64,000 nt of DNA from Glycera tridactyla (taxonomy: Eukaryota). The translations under genes and the position numbers were made by a program. Position 1 is the first letter of the stretch. Each line of letters opens with the position of its first letter. The DNA lies in contig OZ286462.1 in NCBI GenBank assembly GCA_965644265.1, forward strand, positions 15,314,001 to 15,378,000, read 5' to 3'. The notes beneath the pieces were generated by a model that worked only from the letters and a program-made list of their open reading frames with translations, was not told the origin of the DNA and searched no databases. Positions 10,750 through 23,096 of this stretch are shown here, one piece after another.

Positions 10750-13534
10750 ACAACAATCTACATGTAAAGATCACGTGAGCGTAAGTGAGAAGGAATTTCA
10801 TTCCATATCTTATGGCTTTGGATGAAAAAGTTCTGTTCAGTTGATCTTAGGACAGTTCTAGAAATTTTGAGCAGATTTGCACCAATTGATCTCGTCATGT
10901 GCCCATCTGTGTGCATGGATTCAAAATTATCCCTATAAATACTCAGTAGGTGAGCCGGGCACATGCCAATGTTGATCATTTTGAAAACACATGCAGCATG
11001 ATAATTTCTTAGGTTCACTAGAGAAGGCATGTTTGACTCACTCAGTAAATAATTTGTCAATGTCATTCTGTTACAACGTAAACAGGCTTATTTCGTTATA
11101 ACTCACGCCCAGTTTTTTTTTGCATGGCAGTCATCCAGGCCTTGTGAGAGGACATCACCATGGTCAAACAAGGGAACAATTAGAGACTTTGCTAGAAATA
11201 ATGCCATATCTTCGTCGATAAAGAAACAAATTCTTCATAAAAAGCTGGTTCTCGAGCAAACCTTCTTTATGATACAATAAACATGTTGGTCAAATTTGAG
11301 CTGCGGGTCAAGTTCCATGCCAAGATAAGTAAAGAACGACACTCGCTCAAATTTTAGAAGGGAAGACACATTTGATAGGTTTTGCAATCTAGGGCGCGTT
11401 CCAAAGATCATAAATTTTGATTTCTTGAGATTTGATGTCAACTTTTTGGTTTTAAACCAGTCTTCCAAAGAATCCAAATCTTCAAGTAAAAGTTTACGAA
11501 TATCATTTTCTGTCTTTCCCCTTGCAAAAATGGCGGTGTCGTCCGCATACATGAAGACTTGAGAGTTTCTAACCATGGATGGTAAATCATTAATATACAA
11601 GACAAATAGGAGTGGCTCAAGGATAGAACCCTCGGGCACTCCTATTTCAACATCTTCAAACTCAGATAATATATCCAAGAATTTCACAGCCTGAAGTCTG
11701 TCTGCTGGGTAAGAGTGGAACCAAGCGAGCGCAGAATTATGAAAACCCAAGTATTTTAACTTAGAGAGTAAAATATCATGGTTGACAGTGTTGAAGGCCT
11801 TAGTCGGATCCAAAAACACCACTCCACATAATTCCCCTTTATCCATGGAGTGATACACTGAATCACAAAAGCCTAGCAGGCATCTGGTTGTGGAGTGATG
11901 TTTCCGGAATCCTGACTGGGCCTCTGAGAGAATAGAGTACTTAGCAAGATACTCATGGCACTGGATATGAATCGCCCCTTCTAGAAGTTTACTAAGAGTT
12001 GATAAAACAGAAATCGGTCAAAAGTTACTCGTAGAGATAGAAGGTCCCCTTTATGCAATGCAGTGACAATGGCCCATTTCCATAAATCTGGGAATCTATG
12101 ACTTCTAATACTGAAATTTATCAATTCATGTAGAATGGACATCAATGGTTCACCACCCGATTGGACCATTGCCGCAGTTATTCCATCTTCTGCACTTGCA
12201 TTGGAGTTCTTCATTTTTGACATACACTCAATCATTTTTTTTTAGACAGCACTTTGAGCTCAAAAACAGGTGCCCAGCGATCCAGATAATCAGTGGCAAT
12301 ATTGTTGCAAGATGGGATACTTGAGATTTTCCAATAGATGCAAAATAGTCATTGAAACCCTTAGCAGTCTCAAAGGGTGAATCAGGCCCTTTTTTTTTTC
12401 TTTGGACTTCGAACTGGACTTGAAACTTGGCCAGAAGGATCTGATAGTAGACCATACCTTCTTGGAGTCATTGCCTGCCTGCTTGATTTTATCACAAACA
12501 ACATCTGTTTTCAGTCGTTGTTTCAAATCATTACATTGCTTTATTATTTCATCCCTTCTATCAGCATCGAATTGCCTCTGACTGCATTTGAATTTTGTAG
12601 CCCAATAAGTATGGGCATCGATCAAGAACAGAAAATGATTGTTTGCCCAGCCTGCGTTGATGATCCTCCTGTTACAAGTGATCCAGGGCAAATGCCTATC
12701 AACAATACACCCCAGACTTTGGGAGACCGCTTGGACAGCATCATCTAGATCAGAGAACAAGTATGAACCAATTTCTGAATTCTTCATAACATTCTGATAC
12801 AGTGTTCCATTAAAATTTGTGAAACTTCGAAATGTATTCATTTGTTTCTTTTTAGGGATTTTCTCTCTGTGCCGGGAAATAAAAACAATACAGTGGTCGC
12901 TTAGACCAGGGTCAATCACACCACTACAAGAAAACTGTGAGCAATTGTTTACATAAATATGATCTGAACAAGTGGCACTGGATGATGTTACTCTAATCGG
13001 AGATACAATAGAATTTTTAAGATGATATTTCTTCAAAAAAGATTTCAATTCCATACACTCTGAGTTTTGGATCATGAGATTTATGTTCATATCCCCGAGA
13101 ATGAGACAGTCTGCATACGCATCACCAACTATGGAGTCAAATGAGCCGCTTAAAGATTTGAGGGCTTTCTCTGCACTGCCAGAGGGTGGTTTGTAGATTC
13201 CACAGATGAAAGAAGGTCGAGTATGTGGAAGTTGCAACTTAATCCATAAAAATTCCACGTATGGAGAGCAATATCTTCCATTCGAATTTTCACAGTGATT
13301 ATGAGTATTTTTAGTATAAATTGAAATACCACCGCTCGACAATTTGCCTGACGCAGATGTCCTGTCACATCTCCACATGGAGTACCCATTTATTTGAAGT
13401 TCCGCATCCGAAATCAAGTTGTTCAGGAAAGTTTCAGTCAGAATCAGCACATTTGAGTTACTGGTGGTTAGTAACAGGACCAACTCATCAAACTTGCGCA
13501 CAACACTTCTAATATTCAATGCACAAAAGCCCAT
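10750..13534 (-). mobile_element. Decayed non-LTR retrotransposon (CR1/L2-type LINE) ORF2: APE endonuclease + reverse transcriptase, frameshifted
   Basis: LNIRS, LTETFL, GIYKPP, LGDMNIN and SDH endonuclease motifs (12290-13534). RPISV, FLDPTKAFNTVNH, GVPEGSILEP and YADD RT motifs (11235-12235). C-terminal KIWNEIP segment (10758-11066). Confidence 0.93.
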
Positions 13535-13794
13535 TTTCTGAAAATCTTATAGGTGATTTATGGTGAATTCGATATTATTTTGTGTTGAAAGGTACTGAGC
13601 AGGCACAGCCATAATATAATCAGGTTGCCGGCATCATAAAGGAAAGTTTGGTAGTCCACACAAGTGTCTGCAGCAAGCAGACTACACAAAGACAAAATCA
13701 AAAGGAAAATGCACAATGAAAAATGTTCAATAGTCAAAAGGCAATTTGTGTGTGTGTGTGTGTGTGTGTATGTGTGTGTGTGTGTGTGTGTGTT

Positions 13795-14215
13795 TCTGTC
13801 TGTCCGTCTGTCTACCTGCCTTTTTTCTTCCGGTCTGTCTGTCCATGGATGTGAGTATCAACGTGTTTCAATCATTGTATGAGTGACATTTGACAGATAT
13901 GGAGACGGACACAATATAGACGGTCGGATGTGACCNNNNNNNNNNNNNNNNNNNNNNNNNNNNNNNNNNNNNNNNNNNNNNNNNNNNNNNNNNNNNNNNN
14001 NNNNNNNNNNNNNNNNNNNNNNNNNNNNNNNNNNNNNNNNNNNNNNNNNNNNNNNNNNNNNNNNNNNNNNNNNNNNNNNNNNNNNNNNNNNNNNNNNNNN
14101 NNNNNNNNNNNNNNNATATGCAGAAAGATAGACATGTAGTCATTCAGCGAGATGTAGAACGAAAGAGATAGGGAGAGAGAAGACAGAGAGAGGAACTAAC
14201 AGGAAGTAGGAGAGA
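13795..14215 (+). repeat. About 300-bp dispersed repeat, copy 2 (interrupted by N-gap 13936-14115)
   Basis: Direct repeat of 9490-9795. Confidence 0.85.
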
Positions 14216-16072
14216 GAAAGAGAAGAAAGGAAAGAAGAAATAGCGAATCAGGATGAAGGTATAGAAATGTGTCAGCATGCATGGTTCGTGATGGTTCTTG
14301 ACCCACTCAACTGGCCTTCATCTGTTTGACCTGCCTTTCTCATATTGCATGCTTTCTCTACTCATGAGCTTGTACTCATCCTTGTGAATAGATTTTGTAT
14401 TCGATATCATACACGCTGCTGTCATTTCCAATGTGGTTACTTACTCTCGCATAATTTTCGATGGTTGCCAGTCTGATTTTATCGTCAGAATGCAGTGTGC
14501 GACTCATCCATGAGAGGAATTTATGTTCTATGTCATTCGTAATCCTTACTAAAAAAAGGCGGCACTTTTCTTCTACTACTACTAGACGTTTTCTTTTTTG
14601 TTTTGACTTTCAAGCATCAAGTCTGGGTGACAACCGGGGTCGACCTGCGGTCCTGGGGTCATAGCGAGGGCAGCAGTGATATATAGCTCTATGTTTGCAT
14701 GTCTGTGTCTATATGCTCATGACGGTGCTGGGCTCATCCCTTCACTAGCACCTTCCCGTCACCAGCTCTGTTATAAACCATGATGCAATTGTAATGAAAT
14801 TGCAATAAAAATGGACCGTCACAGCAACTCCAAATTTTGGGAAAAAGAGAATCTGTTCGAAACCTGTTCGAGTCTTGTCACCATCACGAGAATATTATTG
14901 AATGTCTGACGCCTGGGATTCGAGGAGTAATCGCAGCAAGATCCGTGTAAGCATTCCCTAGCTTTGCTTGGTGGTGCATGTTCCGCTGTCAAGAAAGCTT
15001 GGTCCTGCATGTGGCAGCATTTTATATACATTCATGGATTATTATTCCTCTTTGTTTTTGCCCTGGCGTGAAATGATGGTTATCAAATATGCGATCATCC
15101 ATGCATTGAAACCACAATCGCTCGGATATAATTGATTTCCATCATGCTGTTATGGAAACTCATTGACCTGAGATCTTGTCGGATTGGTTGATTTGACTAA
15201 TATGTCACTCGCTATATCGTGTGATAGACTGCCTTCCGAGATACAGGTCATGATCTTTCTATAAGTGTTCGATGTTTGACTAGAAGTTCCTCGATTATTG
15301 ATACAATTTCAGGTCGAGGCCATTAAGCATAATCCATTCCTGCGTTCCCAAAATGTGTCCATCTTCCGAATAAATGCATTTGTATGTTTTCCAGCCAGCG
15401 CTCTCAACTGATGACATCAAAGTCTTAATTTTGATTCAAGACATTCATTACATGCTCTTGTCTGCACCACTCGATACTCTGGAAATCTTATCTATGGAGG
15501 GATGTCTCCCAAATCTACACATTATTTCACTACTCAATCACATATGTAGCTTCGGAAGGCTCTTACAATCTTGTAACTACCCACAGTTTAGTTGATACTC
15601 AAATAGAACAGTCATGTTTGATTAGTGGCCCATAAATTCATTCAGAAATACTTTCGATATATTGTGTAGCTCAGTGGCTCTCACAGTTCACATATCTGGC
15701 GTCGACCTGGTGCCTCCTCTTGCAAGTACCCTAGACCTTATCACCTCTGAATGTACTATCAAAGCTATATGACCACTTCAAAAGACATACTTCGACCATC
15801 TAGAGCTCTTGCTATCAACCAAGGATATCAAGATTTCAGAAAAACAATTACTACTCTGGCAGGTCAAAAAAAGTATAGCCTGTGGATATCATTTGTTTGA
15901 GAAACCTCGGCGATATTGACGTTTTCTCCGATATTTGGCTTTCAGATTTCAGAGATTTCCATTGGCTGGTCATGTCTTGGATTTGTTGGCGTTTATAACT
16001 GTGTTTGGAGCTCGAACAGATATTGATTTCTTTCCACGTCTTCATTTGATCATCAATAGCATATGATACGCT

Positions 16073-16130
16073 TTTAATCCGATCACCCTTAAAAGAGATA
16101 CTCGGTCACAGATAATTCATGAACTTTATT
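16073..16130 (-). promoter_or_regulatory. Candidate polyadenylation signals of the ASB-like gene (AATAAA 16130-16125, ATTAAA 16078-16073)
   Basis: These are the first canonical hexamers I could find on the minus strand downstream of the stop at 17594. Confidence 0.35.
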
Positions 16131-16524
16131 GAGGTAATATTGATCACAGCATTGCACCTGACAATGGACACATATAAAGAATCACAACGACACCCATTTC
16201 TCACTTATATCGACTGCATTCAATATGAATCTTTCTCATTTTGTGATAGGTGAACAGCTTGTATCGAAATGAAATACCATCAACAGCCATTATGAACTCC
16301 GATCGATATCAAATTGTTCAAGTATTCATGAAAAGATATATCAACTGGATATCTGATACAGTTTTAAAGAATGTGCCTGATTTTTCAGTTGGAAGCCAGA
16401 CATCCTTGCATCGTTCACGCCGCACATATGTGTTGGAACCCTCAATGCCCTTTACCATTGTTATGAACGTATCCAGGGGTATCATATAGGGAAAATGTAC
16501 ATTGTTTTCCCATTTGTTGTCCAG

Positions 16525-16740
16525 GTGTCAGATGATATTTCTAAGAACATTTTGGAGGATATCCAGGTGTCCGTGACAGCCATCAGTTTGGTGAATGAGA
16601 CAGAGCGAGGTCGTCATGGTGATCTTCTTGAGAATATAGAAGCTGCTGGCATTTTTGATGCGATACAGATGTTACTCAAGATCAAACGTGCAAATCTACG
16701 CCAGCTTACTGGGGAACAAATTCTCACCAAAATCAATCAG
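16525..16740 (+). CDS. iGluR-family receptor, exon B (ATD)
   Basis: ttgttgtccag|GTG acceptor and CAG|gtcagt donor, 216 nt, phase 0-0. VSDDISKNILEDIQVSVTAISLVN...EAAGIFDAIQML...ILTKINQ resembles 'NITGF.LV...EAAL.YDAV...' and joins in frame to exons A and C. Confidence 0.8.
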
Positions 16741-17593
16741 GTCAGTCCATCTTATAGATTCATGTGTGACAGTCGCTGTATGTATCCTTGTCCCGGGTGA
16801 GATTTATGTATCATGATTCATATCGCTATAATTAAGGCAGAGAAGGATGGGGGCTATAGACGGTCAGCCTTGTTTCGGACGCCTATTTTTCTTCATCATC
16901 CTCAAGAAGCTGCGATGCCGATGCTTTTTCAAGAAATATCATCTTGAGTTGTTAATAGGATCATAGGGATTTGACAGAAATACCCAATATCATTGAGGGA
17001 AACTATGGATTCAGCGTGAGTATTGACATTGGAAGTAACAGGCCTGGTTTACTATCTATCACATACGATTTTGCCAACAAGCACTCGAGAAAATGGTGAA
17101 TTTGTAGTTCTTATACTACATCGAAATATAGGAGCGACAAAGTCCATCATGAGTAATAGCATACATATTTGTTGTTCGGATGAACATCTCGGAGAATTTC
17201 CATCAAAAGAGGTGCCAGAAAAACCGGACCGACTGTGAATTAGGTACGATCTTATAAACATTAGATCTCATATCCTCAGTCCAATCATAGCTGGCTTTTG
17301 AAGAATTAGAAGTTAACGTTGGATATAACATTCCAATCGTAAACAGAGAAATGCCCAATCTCATCATGTTCACTCGATCGAACAATCTCTTCATATCAAA
17401 ATGACAACAGAAAATCCATATATTCAAGAGATATGTGCTTGATAGGCAATTGCCATTTGGCATCTGAACCGATGGATTGGGTCCCATATTCTCCTGAGAA
17501 TCTTCTTTTGCATTTGAGCAAGTATTCTGCCTGAGAATGCCGTACAATTACTCATCTGGTCTTGGTGATTCGATTCTGAGTGTCAGTAGGCCA

Positions 17594-18901
17594 CTATTCG
17601 ATGGACTCGAGGTCATGACACAGTAGATATCGTCGGATTGAGTTGGGTAGATTGAGGGCCTCAACAGCAGAAGGCAGATAAAGATTTGCCTTACTACGAA
17701 GACAGAGACGACAAAGATGACGGAGAGAGATAGGTTCAGTAAAATAACGCATCAATCGAGCTATGTACACGCGCGCATGCGCACGGGAATCAATGCCTAA
17801 TTGGACGCCCTCCTCCTCCGATGTCAAGTCGAGTGTGGTCATGATCGACGACGGAGTCCTGTAACTGCCTGTTTCTGCGTCATCGTCGTCATTTTCGTCA
17901 TCACTGATGCGGTCATCCCCATCACAAATTTGCTCCTCATCAGAACTGGCATCTTCCTGGAAGAATGCGCGAACGTCGGCAGTGCTACATGCGGGTTCCG
18001 ACTGCACAGAGCGTGATGACGCCGTAAGGACGGACATTTGATCGTACGCCATTCTCTGCTGACGACGTAACTGTCGCATGGCATCTTTGGACGAGAGATG
18101 TTCGACGCGGATGTAATAGGCACGTTGAATTGTACGAATAGTTGCCTCGCCGAAGCGACATCCCGCCAATAGGAGGACATACGCCATGACGTAATTGCGG
18201 AATTGACGTAACGCATGACGGATCAAACTGACGTTTCTGCCACGATCATTATACAAGAGACTATTGACGTTACCGCCATGAATGATCAACTTCTTCACGG
18301 CGCTGAGTTTGTTACGATCGACGGCTAATTCGAGTGCCGTGCGGGGGCCGTACGCTACGCTGATCCGACGATTGATATCTGCTCCGGCTTTTATTAGTAA
18401 CTCCATCACGTTCGAATCTGGCCATCGCAAACTTCGCATCAGAGGCGTTGTATGACTACGATACCAAATAAAACTCGCACCTGCACAAAACTCCGGACTG
18501 CATCCATGAGCTAACAACTCTGATATCACCGATTTCATGGCTTGTGCCCTCTGCTCTAAGGCTTGATAGTCCGTGCTGTGAATTTGTTGAGCGTATGGTA
18601 GAAAGAAGTTCGGGGAATAGATATAATCGACGGAGGTTGCGAGTTGTAGTAGGGGCGTTGGCTGCAGACCCATGTCAGGTCGAACGCATACCTCTGGGCG
18701 TGCTCCGTGTTGTAGTAAGTATCGCACGATCTCCACGTCGAATACGGCCAAGGCACAGTAAAGTGCCACCTGTCCACTACAAGGGTCACTAATATTGACA
18801 TCAGCTTTGTATCTGATGAGACTCTCTATCATCGCCATGTTACGATCCAGAATGGCATACATCAAAGGGGTATAGAACTGGATACTGCTACACTCGAATG
18901 T
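17594..18901 (-). CDS. ASB-like gene, last exon (several ankyrin repeats, acidic linker, C-terminal SOCS box)
   Basis: ttctcttgtag|ACA acceptor, 435 codons plus stop. Ankyrin motifs TPLMYA, TPLLQLA, TPLMRSL, TALELAV and GADVN/GADIN. SOCS box PISLRHLCRLCLR...LNLPNSIRRYLL. Spliced product about 554 aa from ATG 22503. Confidence 0.95.
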   Translation of the reverse strand, partial: TFECSSIQFYTPLMYAILDRNMAMIESLIRYKADVNISDPCSGQVALYCALAVFDVEIVRYLLQHGARPEVCVRPDMGLQPTPLLQLATSVDYIYSPNFFLPYAQQIHSTDYQALEQRAQAMKSVISELLAHGCSPEFCAGASFIWYRSHTTPLMRSLRWPDSNVMELLIKAGADINRRISVAYGPRTALELAVDRNKLSAVKKLIIHGGNVNSLLYNDRGRNVSLIRHALRQFRNYVMAYVLLLAGCRFGEATIRTIQRAYYIRVEHLSSKDAMRQLRRQQRMAYDQMSVLTASSRSVQSEPACSTADVRAFFQEDASSDEEQICDGDDRISDDENDDDDAETGSYRTPSSIMTTLDLTSEEEGVQLGIDSRAHARVYIARLMRYFTEPISLRHLCRLCLRSKANLYLPSAVEALNLPNSIRRYLLCHDLESIE

Positions 18902-19419
18902 CTACAAGAGAAAACAAAGAAATAACGTTCAATAAATACTTATCTCGCACAAGAACGTGGTGATTATGACCCAACTTCAAAACTCCGAATACGGTTCGCT
19001 CTCTCAAACTGTGCACTTCCAGTGTAAGCTGTCATTAGTGTAGGACATGAATCTGTAGGTTTGTGTCTGCCTTGGGGTTTTCTTTGTGATGACAAGCTTT
19101 GCTTCTTCAAATGAGGTCTGTCTGTCTGTCTTTCCATCTTTCTGTCNNNNNNNNNNNNNNNNNNNNNNNNNNNNNNNNNNNNNNNNNNNNNNNNNNNNNN
19201 NNNNNNNNNNNNNNNNNNNNNNNNNNNNNNNNNNNNNNNNNNNNNNNNNNNNNNNNNNNNNNNNNNNNNNNNNNNNNNNNNNNNNNNNNNNNNNNNNNNN
19301 NNNNNNNNNNNNNNNNNNNNNNNNNNNNGCTCAGTTGCTTGCTCTTTACTCACCCCTCCCCCTCTATCTTTCACTCTGTCGTCCTCTCTCCCTCTCTCTT
19401 CCCCATCACGCTTACTCAC

Positions 19420-19572
19420 TGACATATCCTGGGCGTTGACATCGGCACCAGCTTGGATCAAGTACTCCGCCCCGCCTACCCAGCCAGCCTGTACTACCAA
19501 ATGCAAGGCGGTTGCTTTTCTTTTCCGCCAAAGAGGACCATTGTCAGATTCACCACCCAGCTTCACATACTC
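19420..19572 (-). CDS. ASB-like gene, exon 3 (first ankyrin repeat)
   Basis: aatctgcag|GAG ... TCA|gtgagt, 153 nt. ...TALHLVVQAGWVGGAEYLIQAGADVNAQDMS is an ankyrin consensus. Confidence 0.9.
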
Positions 19573-21477
19573 CTGCAGATTGAGAGCAGATGGACATGCA
19601 AGATATGGAATTCCAAGCTGATACAGAAGTAAAGTATTATGAAGAAATTATTCGTATATGTGATTACTGAGCTGGTACACAAGTGTGACCTGGTCAATCA
19701 GTGATATCAGTATCAGATAATGCGTAGATACTGTGACCTGATTAAAATTCAACTATCAGTATCATGAACATAGCCAAGCTGACACAAAAATGTGAAGTAA
19801 TTGATTACCCAACAATATCAATGCTATACTTAGTGAATAGAGTCGTTTGAGATCAACAAACAATTTCAGTATAAGTTTTATAACCATTATTGAGCTAGTA
19901 GAGACGTGTGCAATGAAAAATATGATCATGATCAGAATCATTATCGTGAACAATACTGCGCAGATGCAGACGTTTGAAAGCGTCCAAAGGCGACTGATAT
20001 CAGTATCAGTATCATTAGTATCTCTTGTAGACTGATGGTTATCTTAGCAATATGAATACACCATCATTCAATCTCTGTTCTAAGCGTGCTCCTGGAACTA
20101 CTGAATGTCAGCTATTCGGCCTGTGCATGGACTTTTACCAACATACTGAGTTAAATACACTATATTCTCGACGGAAAACCCGATTTCGCTAAGTACTATA
20201 TCTTTAAACGTTCCTTAAAGTATCTTCAGAAGCATACAGAAACGGGTTAACGGCCTCCCCATGCGGGTATAGTTTGATCCTATGTACTCATATATCTGTT
20301 CTGTATTCACCTCGCGCAATACAATCTTGTTACCAGACTCGGGAAACCTCTGATGGTCTCGCAATTTGATATCAGCAGTTTGCAATCACCAACGCTTCCA
20401 CATTTGTATGTTTGCATCACAAGACTATCCACTTACCACAGCCATGGAAGTCTTAGTGTTCGCGCTATTTCACATTTGTATCTCTGAGAGAAACCATACT
20501 ACATGTCGGGGGCTTTTTGTATCGTATATATCACATGAGGTAGTTGTCATTTTTGTCCCCCATTGTTTCCATGTCGGCGCTCACGCACAGATGAAATAGA
20601 ACTCTTCCTATGGCTTGAGCATCCTAAATAGAAATTATGTTATGTTTTGTTATTAGCACTAATTGTATTGACATACAGAAAAGGACTGTGATGTGGGCAA
20701 TCATTTTGGAACATGCAAAAACTGGCGGCTGCATTTATCTATTAGCGTCATCATCTAGTGTCGCCATTTATGTCTCTGATTCTGCTATCACTGTTAACAA
20801 CATCGCGACCAGCCAGACTCTTGGCCGTTTATGTGTCGTGATGGCATTACGAGATACCATAGCGATGAAGATAACATTCATCAGTGTTGGAGACACTGAA
20901 TTGTCAATATTATTGGCATATAGATCTTACGTTATGGCTCCTTGCCAAACCGAGTATTCCGATGAATTTGATAATGTAGATCCTGTCAACTGCGCCAAAT
21001 ATTCCCCTATCACGCGTGAGTGATTGCTGCGCATTGTGTCCTGCTCCGGTTCTTCACAAAAAAATATATCCTGATTCCTGATTGCGGGAAGTTTCTACAT
21101 GGACGAGTCTCCCCCCCCCCCCACCAACTCACATTACCTTTTGACATTCATTCATAGCAAAACCAATCTGGTGTGAATTCACACATTTTTCCCGGTGTTC
21201 AGCATAGCCAACACTGCCTTAGTGTGGACGCAACCTCACAAATGGTCCCCACGCTGCTCAAAACATTATAATAGTGAATGCATGGGAACAGAACATTCAT
21301 TTAGAAATTTGGTGACATTTTCATTTGAAGTGGGAATCATTTATCAGTTATAGGAGAACGCTTCAAAGCATTTCTTCAAGTCAGGATCTATTCAAATGTA
21401 GTTTGTCACACCTTGTTATCAAAAGTCTTCATTTCATTATGAACAAATGTATCCTATCGTCAGGGCTTCCCACTCAC

Positions 21478-21621
21478 CGGGGATTCGAAGGAGAACTGAG
21501 TCCCGGTGAAGGTTGGATCGCTTCTCACTAATTCCTTCAACTTGGAAAGGGCAAGATTTGGCTGCAGCTTGTATGCATCCAACATGCTCTGCAGCCGCTC
21601 CATCTGCCGATTTCGCTCCTT
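21478..21621 (-). CDS. ASB-like gene, exon 2
   Basis: acaattacag|AAG ... CCG|gtgagt, 144 nt, phase 0-0. KERNRQMERLQSMLDAYKLQPNLALSKLKELVRSDPTFTGTQFSFESP. This frame is not shown in the ORF track. Confidence 0.75.
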
Positions 21622-22443
21622 CTGTAATTGTCACAACAAAACATGAAGAACGGACCGGGTCAAGAGGCAACTTTTCTGGAGACAATGCCGAATGATGAGA
21701 AATATGCACAGAGAGAGAACGAGAGAGAGGTGGGAGAGAGAGAAGAGGGGAGAAATGAGGACGAGAGATAGGCAAAGAGAGGAAGAATAGTAGTGATCGA
21801 GAGAAAGAGAGAGATAAAATGAGGGAGAGAAAGACAAGGAGGGAAGCACTCATCTCATCAATTCTCCTCACTCTTTATATCTACATTCGAAATGGTGTGC
21901 TGGTATGCATGTGTTTTGTGCAGAGCCAGATTTCACGAAACTTGAGATGAGTGAAATTCATGTCATAGGAACCATCCTGATGCAACTCAGTGAGGCATTC
22001 GTTAGGAGTTACCGATAGCACAGAACAAAGTTCACTTCGTTGGTGCATTTTGTATGGGTCATCTTCAGTGGTAGTACCCAAGTACCGAAACAAGATCGAG
22101 ATCCTCAGGTGAAGATTGGCCACTTGGTGAATGAGTCACAACCAACACAATCAGACTATGACCGGAAGAAAGGTACTCACCTAACGCAGTCTGTCAATCA
22201 TACTTGTCAAACGAGGAGGTGAAGGTCAAAAAGATGGAAAAGAGAGCCCAATTAGTCCGAGCTTTAGTAAACTGAACTGAAATAAGGTTGTCTTTATCTG
22301 TATGAATGTGAAGTATAGTCACATATTTTCCTGCTGCTCGTCACCTGCTTGGCTGGACAATCTCGCCGATGATATCTTCTATATGTTAGCTGTTGATCTG
22401 CCCAGAAGGGTGTCGTCCAGTTGGCGGAGTGATTTGAACTCAC

Positions 22444-22530
22444 CTGTTTGGAACGTCTTAGAGGATTAAGACAAGCCAAAACCTCGCTGCGCTTCATCAC
22501 CATACCAGTCTCACTCGATTCTTGTGAACC
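22444..22530 (-). CDS. Nested ankyrin/SOCS-box (ASB-like) gene, first identified exon (ATG at 22503)
   Basis: Minus strand gttttcag|GGT acceptor and CAG|gtgagt donor. (GSQESSETG)MVMKRSEVLACLNPLRRSKQ, phase 0 into the next exon. The acceptor implies another upstream exon that I could not locate. Confidence 0.65.
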
Positions 22531-22812
22531 CTGAAAACACAGACAGCCATGATTTGTTGAAGATTGCGAGGCTAGCTATCTTTGGAAGAGGCCCCTACAT
22601 AATCGGCCATAGTTGGCCGTATTCAATAAATGTTATGGACATTCGATATGATCCACCAGGTGAAAGATGTTCACAGATCGACAATATTCATATCTTACAC
22701 TCTCCTCGGGGAAGGCCCTCATCTGTTATTCTTATTTTGCAGTTCATCGCTGATTCATGAATTCCCACTAATACATAATTGGTTATTGTGGTGCAGGAGC
22801 ACTATCGAAGTA

Positions 22813-22914
22813 CAGTTGAACCTGCTCTAAAAACCACCTCTCTATAAAGAGCACCTGCCTATAAAGACCACTTTTCGATGCGACCGAAGGTGGTATTATA
22901 GACAGGTTCGACTG
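22813..22914. mobile_element. pogo/Tigger-like (Tc1-mariner superfamily) MITE, 102 bp
   Basis: TA|CAGTTGAACCTG ... CAGGTTCGACTG|TA TIRs with TA duplication; internal repeated ataaaga(c)cacc motifs. Confidence 0.85.
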
Positions 22915-23096
22915 TACATCTCTTTATGGACAGGTCTAATAGCGAATGCTGCACTACTTTGTGGCGGAGTGAACATAGACTTGATGCAGTTTATTTTGCT
23001 ATTCAAGCAAAGTTCGAGACATGTGGGTTTTTGCTTGGTTCAATCGCTTCTGAGAATGCGAGTCGAGTAATCTGTCGACACATCTTTGGTTTTGAA

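Noticed and set aside
17203-17547. 114-aa minus ORF after the ASB stop
   Set aside because: It falls in the expected 3' UTR, with no domain signal.
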